Origin: an uncultured Chloroflexia bacterium | GTDB taxonomy: Bacteria > Chloroflexota > Limnocylindria > QHBO01 | Direction: 5' to 3' | Assembly: GCA_963827475.1 (NCBI GenBank) | Contig: CAWHAZ010000005.1 | Coordinates: forward strand, 352,001 to 416,000 | DNA length: 64,000 nt | Part shown: positions 1-9,897 of the stretch, in pieces | Numbering within the stretch: position 1 is the first letter of the stretch | How the letters are laid out: each line of letters opens with the position of its first letter | Translations under genes and position numbers: made by a program | Notes under the pieces: model-generated | What the model was told of the DNA's origin: nothing | What the model saw: the letters and a program-made list of their open reading frames with translations, nothing else | Database searches by the model: none

Positions 1-209
1 GTGGCGCGGAACGTCAGCGCCACCTCGATGACGGCACAGGTCAGCATCGCGGCGAGGATCTGCGGGACGCTGACCGCGAAGTCCAGCCCGAGCTGGCCCA
101 GGACGTGGATGGTGATGATCACGGCGGCGACATGGAGCCGCGGGTCCCGAATGCTCGGGAGAATCACCGGGTAGCTCCGGGCACCGACCGACATCGTTCG
201 GGTAGCCAT
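1..209 (-). CDS. RnfD/NqrB-like membrane protein, N-terminal part (runs off window)
   Basis: Manual translation from ATG at 209: MATRTMSVGARSYPVILPSIRDPRLHVAAVIITIHVLGQLGLDFAVSVPQILAAMLTCAVIEVALTF. Hydrophobic with a 'DPRL' motif; family is inferred. Confidence 0.5.
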   Translation of the reverse strand, partial: MATRTMSVGARSYPVILPSIRDPRLHVAAVIITIHVLGQLGLDFAVSVPQILAAMLTCAVIEVALTFRA

Positions 210-232
210 CGACCTCTTAGGATACGCAGGCC

Positions 233-862
233 TTGGCTGAATCACGACACGAGGAACGCCTGAAGCGGGCCCAAGAGGAGCCGATCGTCGGCAGCCTCCC
301 GGACGTGCCCGGGATCGGGACCGCCATCCGCCTCACGCCTGGCCTGGGCGTCCACCTGCGCGGCCTCGCCGACGAGCTGCTCGTTCACGACTATCCCGGA
401 GCGACCCTCAGCCGGGCGGAACGCGAGATGCTCGCGACCGCGGTGTCGGCGGGCAACGACTGCTTCTTCTGCATGGACTCACACGCGGCCCACGCCGCGG
501 CCCTCATCGAGCGCAGTGGACCGACCGAGCTCCTGCCGGTGCTGGACGAGCTCAAGCACGGGTCAGTCGACGGCCTGGACGACAAGATGCGGGCCCTCGT
601 CCAGATCGCGTCCACCGTCCGCCGCGAGCCCCGCGACCTGTCCGCCGCCGACATTCAACGCGCCACGGCCGCAGGCGCCACCGACGCCGACGTCCAGCTG
701 GCCGTGCTCATCGCCGCCGCCTTCTCGATGTACAACCGGATGGTCGAAGGGTTTCGGGCGAGGACGGCACCAACCCCCGACGCCTACCGAGCGCGAGCTG
801 ATGAGATCGCGGAACGCGGCTACAGCGGACCTGCGGCCAACGCCGAGACCGATCGGACCTGA
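233..862 (+). CDS. AhpD/carboxymuconolactone decarboxylase-family peroxidase-related protein
   Basis: EREMLATAVSAGNDCFFCMDSH (CxxC-x3-H) and AAFSMYNRMVEG motifs. Confidence 0.8.
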   Translation: MAESRHEERLKRAQEEPIVGSLPDVPGIGTAIRLTPGLGVHLRGLADELLVHDYPGATLSRAEREMLATAVSAGNDCFFCMDSHAAHAAALIERSGPTELLPVLDELKHGSVDGLDDKMRALVQIASTVRREPRDLSAADIQRATAAGATDADVQLAVLIAAAFSMYNRMVEGFRARTAPTPDAYRARADEIAERGYSGPAANAETDRT

Positions 863-2241
863 GCCCTGGGCTGAGCCGCGAGCTGAGGGCGGCGCTCAGT
901 CGGTCGATGGTTCTTCTTGCGCGGTGCTCGCTGGGGTTGGCCGCTGCGATCGGGCCATTCGTATCCCTGCCACGGGTCGTAGTCGGGGTCGGGCGGCTCC
1001 GCCTCGGGTCGATTCTTCTCCGGGACATGCCGCAGGTTGACCCGGACCCGCCACCAGACGGTCGAGCGGCCGCGCATGGCGTCGTACAGCACGTCGTCCA
1101 CCGCGAGGTGCTTGGCCGCCGCACGGTGCCGCTTCTTCCACCGCGCCAGTCCCTCTTCCACCTCGGGCTTGGTGGCCGCCTGGGCGACGACGACCAGCGG
1201 GGCGCTGGAGCGACGCCGTCCGGTGGGGGAGGGCATGTCTTTCCGTGCCTTCGAGGGCTGGACGCGCGGTGGCTCCCCGGGCTGCTTGGCGTAGTTCGGC
1301 GGCCACGGCGCGTCTCCCAGCCCTTCGGCTTCGTGGCGCGCCACCAGCTCGAGCAGGGGCTCGAGCGAGAACGCCTGCTCGTCGATCCCGGCCCCGACGT
1401 CGCCGAGTCGGGCGAATCGGTCCGGCACCGTCTTGACCGTGAAGTCGGCCGCCTCGCAGTCGGGCACCTCGTCCCAGCCGAGGGGCGCGGAGACCCGGGC
1501 ATCGGGCAGCGGCCGCACCGAGTACACCGACGCCACGGTCCGGTCCTTCGCGTTCTGGTTGTAGTCGAGGAACACCCCGTGCCGCTCCTCCTTCCACCAC
1601 TTGGAGGTGGCCAGTGCCGGCGCGCGGCGTTCCACCTCACGGGCAACGGCCAGCGCCGCGCGCCGCACCTCCCCGAAGCCCCACTTCCGCTCGATGCGGA
1701 CGTAGACGTGCATGCCCCGCGAGCCGGAGGTCTTCGGCCACGCCACATAGCCGAGCTCGTCGAACAGCTCGTGGCAGACCAGCGCGACGGCTCGCACATC
1801 GGTCCAGCCGACGCCCGGACCGGGGTCGAGGTCGATCCGCAGCTCGTCGGGCTGCTCCAGGTCGTCCGCCCGGACCGGGTGCGGGTTGAGGTCGATGCAG
1901 CCGAGATTGATGACCCAGGCCAGGGCCGCGGGGTTGTCGACCACCACCTCGTCCGCGGTTCGGCCGGAGGGAAATGACAGCTCCACGGTCCGGACGAAGG
2001 GCGGCAGGTTGGCCGGCGCGCGCTTCTGGAAGAAGAAGTCGCTGCCCGCGCCGTTCGGGAAGCGCTTGAGGGCCATCGGACGGTCCCGCACACCGCGCAC
2101 CGCCCCCTCCGCGACCGACAGGTAGTATCGGATCAGGTCCAGCTTGGTGATCCCGGCCTCGGGGAAGAAAGCCTTGTCGGGATTGGAGACCGATACGGTC
2201 TGCCCGTCGACGTCGAGATTGATCGGTTTCGGGGCTGCCAT
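820..2241 (-). CDS. LigD-type primase/polymerase-domain protein (NHEJ / Prim-PolC-like)
   Basis: SNPDK, ITKLDL, KRFPNG, FFQKR, RIDLDP, KTSGSRGMH and DYNQNAKDRT motifs. ATG at 2241. True stop is probably TGA at 896-898, hidden by a 1-nt indel. Confidence 0.85.
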   Translation of the reverse strand: MAAPKPINLDVDGQTVSVSNPDKAFFPEAGITKLDLIRYYLSVAEGAVRGVRDRPMALKRFPNGAGSDFFFQKRAPANLPPFVRTVELSFPSGRTADEVVVDNPAALAWVINLGCIDLNPHPVRADDLEQPDELRIDLDPGPGVGWTDVRAVALVCHELFDELGYVAWPKTSGSRGMHVYVRIERKWGFGEVRRAALAVAREVERRAPALATSKWWKEERHGVFLDYNQNAKDRTVASVYSVRPLPDARVSAPLGWDEVPDCEAADFTVKTVPDRFARLGDVGAGIDEQAFSLEPLLELVARHEAEGLGDAPWPPNYAKQPGEPPRVQPSKARKDMPSPTGRRRSSAPLVVVAQAATKPEVEEGLARWKKRHRAAAKHLAVDDVLYDAMRGRSTVWWRVRVNLRHVPEKNRPEAEPPDPDYDPWQGYEWPDRSGQPQRAPRKKNHRPTERRPQLAAQPRAQVRSVSALAAGPL

Positions 2242-2265
2242 GGGGTCAGGGTAGCGGGAGTGGGA

Positions 2266-3165
2266 ATGACTGCCATCGCGCGTCGGCTGACCGAACGGAT
2301 CGCCGCCCTCGCCGATCGGTACGCCCTGGTCGGGATCGGGATGGACGCATTCACCAGGTTCAACGCTCACGAGGCCATGGCTCGTGCCGCGGCCATCGCG
2401 TACTACAGCATCCTCTCCCTGTTCCCCTTCGCCATCGTTGCTCTGGTCGCCGCATCGTTCCTCATCCCGCAGGGCCCGGAGCTCGACGCGTTCGCGAACC
2501 GGGTGGCCGATGCGTTCGCGCTCGAGCCCGAGGCCGTCTTCGATGCGCTCGAGGCCTTCGAGGACGGGAGGCTGGTGTTCGCCATCGTTGGCATCGGTCT
2601 GCTGCTGGTCGCCCTGCTGCCGTGGGTGTCCGCGGTGCAACGGGGGATCGTCCGCGCCTTCGAGGAGGAGCGCCGATCGTACGTGCGCACGACGCTCAGC
2701 AGCCTCTTGCTGCTCGGCCTGGCCGCCATCCTCATCCTCCTCGCCGGAGCGTGGGGCAGCCTGCTCAACCTCGTGATCGGCCTCCTCGATCGGTTCCTGC
2801 CGGAGCTCGCCCTGGTCGATGTCACTCTGAGCGTGGCCGCATCGCTGCTGCCGACCCTGGTCGTGTTTGGCGTCATGACGGCGCTCCTACGGGCCATCCC
2901 GGCCCAGGATCCGACCTTCCGCGAGGTCTGGCTCGGGGCGCTGATCACGGCCCTGGGGTTTCTCGGCCTGAGCCTCCTGTTCGACTGGTACGTAAAGGCG
3001 TTCGTGGCCGACAGCGGCAACGCCACCGGTCCCTTCGGGGCGATCCTCGTCGGCCTGCTTTACATCGACTTCCTGGCCATCGCCATGCTGGCCGGGGCCG
3101 AGGTCGCGGCGGCCACCACGCGCCGCCGCCGCGCCGCTCGAGCGCAACCGGAGCCGACTTCCTGA
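2266..3165 (+). CDS. YihY/BrkB-family membrane protein
   Basis: AAAIAYYSILSLFP and GPFGAILVGLLYI...LAGAE motifs, multiple TM helices. Confidence 0.85.
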   Translation: MTAIARRLTERIAALADRYALVGIGMDAFTRFNAHEAMARAAAIAYYSILSLFPFAIVALVAASFLIPQGPELDAFANRVADAFALEPEAVFDALEAFEDGRLVFAIVGIGLLLVALLPWVSAVQRGIVRAFEEERRSYVRTTLSSLLLLGLAAILILLAGAWGSLLNLVIGLLDRFLPELALVDVTLSVAASLLPTLVVFGVMTALLRAIPAQDPTFREVWLGALITALGFLGLSLLFDWYVKAFVADSGNATGPFGAILVGLLYIDFLAIAMLAGAEVAAATTRRRRAARAQPEPTS

Positions 3166-3339
3166 GCTTCACCTCGCCCGCCGGCGGTGGGGTCCGGTGG
3201 CCTCTGGTACCGATGGGTGTCCTACGGTGTAGTACATTCGAAGTGTCGCCACGGTTGACGACCCGTCGTAGCATCGGCGGGCATTCCTTCCGCGGGGGCT
3301 GGATGGGACGATGATCATTCCTACTCCTAATACCGTCTC

Positions 3340-4653
3340 ATGAGACGTCGGCCACGACTGGCCGCCATATTCGCCGCACTGGTGGTCGCCACCAGCCTGG
3401 TCGGCGCTGCGCCGAACGAGCGGGCGCGCGGCGGCGACCCGCTGGCCGAGGCACAGGCCAACGAGCGGGCCCTCCAGGAGGCCCTCGCCGCGCAGGAGCG
3501 GGAGCTCGCCAACCTGCGGGCACTGTCGTCGAACCTCGACGCGCAGCTGGACGCGGCGGAGGCCGAGCTCGCATCGGTCAGCACCGAGTACGAGCGCGTC
3601 GCGGCTCTCTTGGTCCAGGTCGAGGCCCAGATTGCGGAGGTCGTCGCCCGCCTCGCAGTCATCCGCACCCGCATCGAGAGCCTGGACCGGATGCTCGCGA
3701 CCGTCGCCGCCGAGATCGAGCGCCAGACCACGAAGTTAAAAACCCGCGAGGGCCTCCTCGAGGACCACTTCCGCGATGCCTACGAGCGGAGCCAGACGTC
3801 GCTGCTCGAGGTCCTCCTCGCCGCCGACTCGTTTGAGGTGGTGGCGACCCAGGTCGGGTACCTGCTCACCGTCTCCGAACAGGACGCCGCCCTGGCCGAC
3901 GAGGTCCGGGAGATCCGCGAGACCCTGGTGGAGAACAAGCGCATCCTGCGCGAGGGCCGCGCCCAGGCGGCCGCGGCGCGTGACCTCGAGGAAGCCGAAC
4001 AGGCCCGCCTGGCCGCCCGAGAGGCCGAGCTGGCAAGCCTCAAGCAGCGGCTGGGGGAGCTGGTGATCGCTGCTGAGCAGAAGCGCCAGGCGCAGGCTGC
4101 GGCGCTGAACGCGGCCCTGGTGGCCCAAGGTGACATCGAGCGAAAGGTCCAGGCCACCAAGGAGGCTGCCGCCGCGGCCAACTCCCTGGTCGCGCGGCTG
4201 CTTGCGGAGTCCCAGGTCCGGGTCAGCCAGCGTGGCTTCCGGTGGCCGATGGACCACTTCGTCATCACCCAGGAATGGGGCCCGACGAACTTCCTCCTCG
4301 AGGACGGCTACACCTACCGCGGCGTGTACTACCCCCACTTCCACGGTGGTATCGACATGGCCAACGGCTGCGGCACGCCAATCCGCGCGGCCGGCGGCGG
4401 GCTGGTGGTCGCCTCGGGCCAGCCGCTGTGGCCGTGGGACAGCGGCTACGGGGTCGTCATCGACCACGGCGGCGGCGTGCTGACCTGGTACTGGCACCTC
4501 CGGGCGCAGGTGGTCGTGTTCGCCGGCCAGGGCGTCTCGCTCGGCCAGGTCATCGGGTACGAGGGCAACACGGGCATGTCGACCGGCTGCCACCTGCACT
4601 TCGCGGTCAACGACCACGGGGTGTGGGAGAACCCGCGCTACTTCCTGCCCTAG
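3340..4653 (+). CDS. Secreted coiled-coil M23 peptidase (EnvC/CwlO-like murein hydrolase or activator)
   Basis: Signal peptide, long coiled coil, HGGID and HLHF M23 motifs. Confidence 0.85.
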   Translation: MRRRPRLAAIFAALVVATSLVGAAPNERARGGDPLAEAQANERALQEALAAQERELANLRALSSNLDAQLDAAEAELASVSTEYERVAALLVQVEAQIAEVVARLAVIRTRIESLDRMLATVAAEIERQTTKLKTREGLLEDHFRDAYERSQTSLLEVLLAADSFEVVATQVGYLLTVSEQDAALADEVREIRETLVENKRILREGRAQAAAARDLEEAEQARLAAREAELASLKQRLGELVIAAEQKRQAQAAALNAALVAQGDIERKVQATKEAAAAANSLVARLLAESQVRVSQRGFRWPMDHFVITQEWGPTNFLLEDGYTYRGVYYPHFHGGIDMANGCGTPIRAAGGGLVVASGQPLWPWDSGYGVVIDHGGGVLTWYWHLRAQVVVFAGQGVSLGQVIGYEGNTGMSTGCHLHFAVNDHGVWENPRYFLP

Positions 4654-4677
4654 GCTCGTCCCCGTTGGCTCCGGCAC

Positions 4678-6777
4678 TCAGCCGATGCCGGCGGTCACCT
4701 CACCGATGCCGGCGACGGGGCGGTACAGCTTTTCGACGTAATCCCGCAGAACGCGCTCGGCGGTGAAGTCGTCGGTGCCCGTCCGCAGCGCGCTCCGCAT
4801 GACCGAAATCCAGGCGCGGGGCAGGCCGATCGTGTCCCGGTCGAAGAACGTCGGAATCACCTCGTTCTCCAGGACGCGGTAGAGCGCTTCGGCGTCCTCC
4901 TCGTCGGTGCGCTCGCCATCTCCTGATCCGGGCCCGACCGCCCACCCGTTGGTCCCATCGAACGCCTCGTCCCACCAGCCGTCGAGGACGCTCACCGAGG
5001 GAACGCCGTTGAGTGCGGCCTTCATGCCCGACGTGCCGGACGCCTCCAGCGGCCGCCGCGGGGTGTTCAGCCAGACGTCCACCCCGGCGACGAGGTAGCG
5101 CGCCACCCGCAGGTCGTAGTCCTCGATGAAGAAGATCCGTCCCGCAGTCCCGACCCGACGGGAGGCCTCGACCACGCGGCCGAGCAGGGCCTGTCCCGCC
5201 TCGTCGGCGGGGTGGGCCTTGCCGGCGAAGATCAGCTGGATCGGCCGATCGGGGTCGGACAGCAGATGAGCCAGGCGCTGCGGATTGTCCAGGATGAGGT
5301 CCGCCCGTTTGTAGGTCGCGAACCGGCGTGCAAAGCCAATGGTCAACGCCTGCGGGTCCAGCGCGCCGGCCAGGTCTCCGACCGCCTCCGGCGCGACCCC
5401 GTGGCGAACCGCCTGACGGGTCAGGCGGCCGCCGAGGAAGTCGATCATCCGCCGCTTCTGCTCGACGTGGGCCCCCCACAGCTCGCGGTCGCTGGCCATC
5501 CGTTCGCCGCCGGGTGAGAGCGCGTCGCGGATCGGCTCCGACTGCCAGGTCCCCAGGTGCACGCCGTTGGTGACCGAGTCGCAGGGCCGACCGATGATCT
5601 CGTGCCAGGTCGCCGTCGCGGTGCGCGCGTGGAGGCGGCTGACGGCCGTGACCATCTTCGCGTGGCGCAGGCCGAAGGCGGTGAGGTCGAAGTCGTCTTG
5701 CAGGCCGTGATCCGGGCCCCGGCCGAGCTCGCGCAGCGCCGGGCCGTCGATGTCGAGCGCGGCGGCCATCGGACCGATGATCTCCTCGGCCAGGGAGGGG
5801 TCGTAGCGCTCGTTCCCGGCCGGAACCGGGGTATGGAGGGTCATCACCGTGTCGCGCCCGGCGCGGGCGATGGCCCCCGCGCCGTCCAGGGTGGGGTCCT
5901 CGACCCGAGCCATGCGCGCCCGCTCCAGCAGGACGAGGGCGGAATGGCCCTCGTTGAGGTGCCAGGCGGCCGGCTGGATGTCCAGCGCCGCCAGCGCCCG
6001 CGCCGCTCCGACGCCGAGCAGGAGCTCCTGGGTGAGCCGGGTCCGACGTTCCGCGACATACAGCTGGTCCGTGATCCGGCGGTCCTCCTCGCGGTTCGCG
6101 GGCAGGTCCGCGTCGAGGAGCAGGAGCGGCACGCGACCGACCTGTGCGACCCACACCGCCATCCGCACGTCGCGGCCCGGCAGGTCGACCGAGATCTCCA
6201 GCGGGGAACCGGTGGCGTCTGCAGCTCGGCGGAGTGGAATGTCCGCCGGATCCAGGTCTGGTTCGAGGTGCTCCTGACGGCCTTCGGCGTCGATCCGCTG
6301 GCGGAAGTACCCCCGGTGATAGAACGGCCCGACCGCCACCAGCGAAAGCCGGGTGTCGGACGCGGCCTTGCACAGGTCGCCGGCCAGGACGCCCAGGCCG
6401 CCGGAGTAGACCGGGAGCGACTCGTGGAGCGCGAACTCGGCGCACAGGTACGCGACCGGGCCGTCGAGTCCAGCCCCCAGACCGGGGGCGTCGTCCGCCA
6501 CGTACCACTGCAGCCGATCGGCCAGCGTCCGCGCATCCGCCACGAACCGGCTGTCGTTGGCGAGCTCCAGCCATCGTTCGTCAGTCGTGTGTCGCATGAC
6601 ATGGATCGGGTTTCGGGTCCGTGCCCAACCGTCGGGGTCGATTCGCGCGAACAGGCGCAGCGCTTCCGGATGCCAGGTCCACCACAGGTTCTCGGCCAGA
6701 TCGCGAAGCCCCGCGAGGCCGGCGGGATCTGGCAGATCCACGCGCTCGATGGTCGGGACCCGGACGGGTGGAGCCAT
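4678..6777 (-). CDS. glgP: Alpha-glucan (glycogen) phosphorylase
   Basis: NLWWTW, YSGGLGVLAGD, HLNEGH, FARRFATYKR, EASGTSGMK motifs. Start ATG at 6777. Confidence 0.95.
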   Translation of the reverse strand: MAPPVRVPTIERVDLPDPAGLAGLRDLAENLWWTWHPEALRLFARIDPDGWARTRNPIHVMRHTTDERWLELANDSRFVADARTLADRLQWYVADDAPGLGAGLDGPVAYLCAEFALHESLPVYSGGLGVLAGDLCKAASDTRLSLVAVGPFYHRGYFRQRIDAEGRQEHLEPDLDPADIPLRRAADATGSPLEISVDLPGRDVRMAVWVAQVGRVPLLLLDADLPANREEDRRITDQLYVAERRTRLTQELLLGVGAARALAALDIQPAAWHLNEGHSALVLLERARMARVEDPTLDGAGAIARAGRDTVMTLHTPVPAGNERYDPSLAEEIIGPMAAALDIDGPALRELGRGPDHGLQDDFDLTAFGLRHAKMVTAVSRLHARTATATWHEIIGRPCDSVTNGVHLGTWQSEPIRDALSPGGERMASDRELWGAHVEQKRRMIDFLGGRLTRQAVRHGVAPEAVGDLAGALDPQALTIGFARRFATYKRADLILDNPQRLAHLLSDPDRPIQLIFAGKAHPADEAGQALLGRVVEASRRVGTAGRIFFIEDYDLRVARYLVAGVDVWLNTPRRPLEASGTSGMKAALNGVPSVSVLDGWWDEAFDGTNGWAVGPGSGDGERTDEEDAEALYRVLENEVIPTFFDRDTIGLPRAWISVMRSALRTGTDDFTAERVLRDYVEKLYRPVAGIGEVTAGIG

Positions 6778-6846
6778 TGGCGCCGGATGATATCGGTCAG
6801 ACGCATTCCACGGCCGGTCTCGACGCGGTACGCTACGACCCCCCTG

Positions 6847-8787
6847 ATGGACGGCTACTCGGTCAACGAGGCGGCGGCGGTCCTCGGCATCCCGGAAGGG
6901 CGCGTGTGGGAGCTGTTGGCACGCGGCGTCCTGTCCGGTTCTACCGAGGTTGGCGGCGACATGCGCGTTTTCCTGCGAGAGGTCGCGGTCGTTGAAGCGC
7001 CGAAACGGGAAGGCAACGGAAACGGTGGCAATGGCGGCCATGGTGAGCAGACGCCGTTCCGCGAGCTGCTGACCGAGTTCCGCAACCTGACCGAGCGATA
7101 CGGACAGGCCCTCCTGGCGCTCGGCGAAGCGCGCGGCGAGGTGGCATCGCTGCGCGGGCGGGTCGACCTGCTCGAGGCACGGATCGAGCACCGGCTGCCC
7201 TGGACCGAAGCGGCCTCATCCGCCTGGGCCAGCCCTGCGGAAGGTACGTCCGAGGCCGCGGAGGACGCGGACGCTGACGCGGAACCTGACGACGAGCCTG
7301 AGCCGCAGCCGTCGCCCGCCCGCATACCGCAGGAGCCGCTAGCCGAATCCGAACGGGCGCCAGAGACCGCGGTCGAGACCACGTCGAAACAGTTGGCGCT
7401 GGAGTCGGATGACGTCATGGCCGACATCCTCGATGCCACCCTGGGGCCCGGCCCGGCACAGGAGCCGGAGGTCGAGCCCAAGCCGGGGCCGGCCGAGGGG
7501 GAGGTGCCAGAGCCTGAAGCTGAGCTCGAGCCCACGGACGAGGCTCAGCCGGAATCCGAGCTGGAACCGATGGAAGAGCCAGCCGAGGACCTCGAGCCTG
7601 CGAAGCCGCGACCAATTGCACGCGGAGGCTCGCGCGAGGCCCTGAGCGGCTTCGCTGAGGCACTGGCCCGAGCGCAGGACCCGGCGACCGCTTCGGTCGC
7701 CGCGGACTTCGATGAGCTACCCGGTGCTCAGGAGACGGCAGACGCGGTGGCGGCATACCGCCGCGAAACGGAAATCGTCGGCGACGAGACCTCGTTCGAG
7801 CCGCCAGAAGAGCCGGAGGTCGAGGCCGAGAGGTCGTCACTTGAGCCGGAGGTGACCGAAGCGGTGACCGAAACGGCGGTCGTTTCCATCGTGCGGCCCG
7901 GGTACAGCACCGACACCCCGGAGCCGGACTGGATCGCCGAAGAGGATCTGATCATCTTGGCCGGCGAAGATGCCTCCGTTCGCGCGGATGAGCTCGCCCA
8001 CCAGGCCGCGACCGCACCAAGTGTCGCGTGGCCGGACGACGAGGAGGAGGAGGAGGAAGTCGCAGAGGCTCGGATCGTCGAGCCAGAGGCCGTCGACACC
8101 CAGGTCGAGGCCGAGCTGGAGGCCGAAGTCCCAGGCGGAGATCGCGACCGCGGACCGTCAACCCGTGGACTCGAGGAGGCCGCTCCGGCGGTCATCGCCG
8201 CAGCCGCGCCGGAACCTGTCCCCGAACCCGCGGTCGCGCCCGCGCCGGAGATCGAATCCGCGCCGGAAATTCCGTCCCCGCCCGCGCCACCGGCCGCGCG
8301 CGAATCAAACCTGACCCCAGTGGAGATCGCGGCCGAGCCGCCCGCGAGCGACGACGTGGCCCTGCTGGTGGGGCCCGAGCCGTTCGCCGAGCCGCCGATC
8401 GTTCCCCCTGAGCCCGCGTTCTGGGAGACCGGCGCAGGCTCGCGGGCTCCGTTCGCGATCGCCCAGCCTGACCCATGGGATGCGGGCTCCGTCGAGCCGA
8501 TGCCGGTCGAAGTGGCCGTGAAGGCGGCACCGGTGGCGCCCGACGAGCCGGCTGAACCGCTCAAGGAGGCGCCAGCCATGCCGGTGACGCCCAAGCCTGC
8601 CTCCAAGGCACCGGAACCTCCGCCGCTCGCACCCGAACCGACCGAGGCCGCGCCCGACTCCGCGCCATCCCCACCGCGCCTGAGTCCCGCCGCCGAGGCC
8701 GGTCGAGCGGCGGCCGCGCGCCGTCGCCGCCGTCCGCAAGGCCCCGCGGCGCGAGCGCTCCGCCGCCTCCGCTACTTGCTGGATTGA
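6847..8787 (+). CDS. HTH-domain protein with coiled coil and long Glu/Pro-rich disordered tail
   Basis: N-terminal YSVNEAAAVLGIPEGRVWELL (MerR/excisionase-like HTH), then coiled coil, acidic low-complexity region and basic C-terminus. Confidence 0.7.
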   Translation: MDGYSVNEAAAVLGIPEGRVWELLARGVLSGSTEVGGDMRVFLREVAVVEAPKREGNGNGGNGGHGEQTPFRELLTEFRNLTERYGQALLALGEARGEVASLRGRVDLLEARIEHRLPWTEAASSAWASPAEGTSEAAEDADADAEPDDEPEPQPSPARIPQEPLAESERAPETAVETTSKQLALESDDVMADILDATLGPGPAQEPEVEPKPGPAEGEVPEPEAELEPTDEAQPESELEPMEEPAEDLEPAKPRPIARGGSREALSGFAEALARAQDPATASVAADFDELPGAQETADAVAAYRRETEIVGDETSFEPPEEPEVEAERSSLEPEVTEAVTETAVVSIVRPGYSTDTPEPDWIAEEDLIILAGEDASVRADELAHQAATAPSVAWPDDEEEEEEVAEARIVEPEAVDTQVEAELEAEVPGGDRDRGPSTRGLEEAAPAVIAAAAPEPVPEPAVAPAPEIESAPEIPSPPAPPAARESNLTPVEIAAEPPASDDVALLVGPEPFAEPPIVPPEPAFWETGAGSRAPFAIAQPDPWDAGSVEPMPVEVAVKAAPVAPDEPAEPLKEAPAMPVTPKPASKAPEPPPLAPEPTEAAPDSAPSPPRLSPAAEAGRAAAARRRRRPQGPAARALRRLRYLLD

Positions 8788-8791
8788 TGGC

Positions 8792-9281
8792 GTGACACGG
8801 ATCCCGGCCCTCGGCCGGAGGGGGGAGGGATGGGTCGTCCTCCAGGTCCTGCTGTTCGCCCTCATCGCCGTCCTCGGCGCGATCAGCCTGCCCTCGGCGG
8901 ACCCCGGACCGGGAATATCGGTCTCTCGTCGTCGGTCTTGGGCTCGTCCTTGACCTTCGTCGGCGGCCTGGTCGTCCATGCAGGGGGTCCGCGGCCTCGG
9001 CCCCAGCTTCACCGCTGTGCCTTATCCGCGGGACGACGGCGCGCTGGTCCGGGAGCGGCATCTACGCTCGATCCGGCACCCGATCTACGCCGGCACCATC
9101 GTCTGGCCCTGGCCTGGGCGTGCATCACGCCTCAGCCTACCGGCGCTGGCCGCGGTCGCTGGTCCTGGCGGTCGTCCTCGACCTGAAGGCGCGACGCGAG
9201 GAAGCCTGGCTGGCGGACCGCTACCCCGACTACGACGCCTACCGCGCCGCGACCCATCGGTTCGTTCCCGGTCTCTACTAG
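8792..9281 (+). CDS. Isoprenylcysteine carboxyl methyltransferase-family protein (frameshifted)
   Basis: Pieces in different frames: GRRGEGWVVLQ, IRHPIYAG, KARREEAWLADRYPDYDAYRAATHRFVPGLY*. Confidence 0.7.
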
Positions 9282-9296
9282 CACTACCATCGGGCG

Positions 9297-9897
9297 GTGA
9301 TCACCTATGCCCCGAGCACGTGCCTGCTGGTCGTGGACGTGCAGAACGACTTCGCGGACCCTGACGGGAAGCCTGAGCGTGCGGGGCGGCGCCGACGTGG
9401 TTCCCGTCCTCAACGAGGAGATCCGCCGCGCGACCGATGCCGGCGCGCCGGTGGTCTACACCCAGGACTGGCACCCGGCCTCGACGCCGCACTTCGCGAA
9501 GGACGGGGGGATCTGGCCGGTGCACTGCGTCGGGGACACGTGGGGTGCCGAGTTCCACCCCGACCTGCTCGTCGCCGGCCCATCGGTGCGCAAGGGGGTG
9601 GATGGGGGAGACGGCTACTCCGGTTTCTCGGTGCGCGACCCGCATTCCGGTGACACGTATCGGACCGAGCTGGAGCACATCCTTCGCGAGCGAGGGGTGA
9701 CCCGGATCGTGATCGGCGGGCTGACGACCGACTACTGCGTGAAGGAGACGGCGCTCGACGGCATGGACGCCGGATTCGCGGTCCTGGTGTTGACCGATGC
9801 CATCGCCGCGGTCGACCTCGAGCCGGGCGACGGCGCCCTGGCGATCGACGAGATGGTGGAGGCCGGGGCGGTCATGGCCGCCGCGAATCGCGGATGA
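9297..9897 (+). CDS. pncA: Nicotinamidase/pyrazinamidase (isochorismatase family), frameshift near 9370
   Basis: VVDVQNDF, QDWHP, WPVHCV, YSGF and TDYCVKETALD motifs. Confidence 0.85.

Noticed and set aside
820-900. Convergent overlap of the LigD-like and AhpD-like genes
   Set aside because: One extra A gives ...RKKKPSTD* at 896, which removes the overlap.
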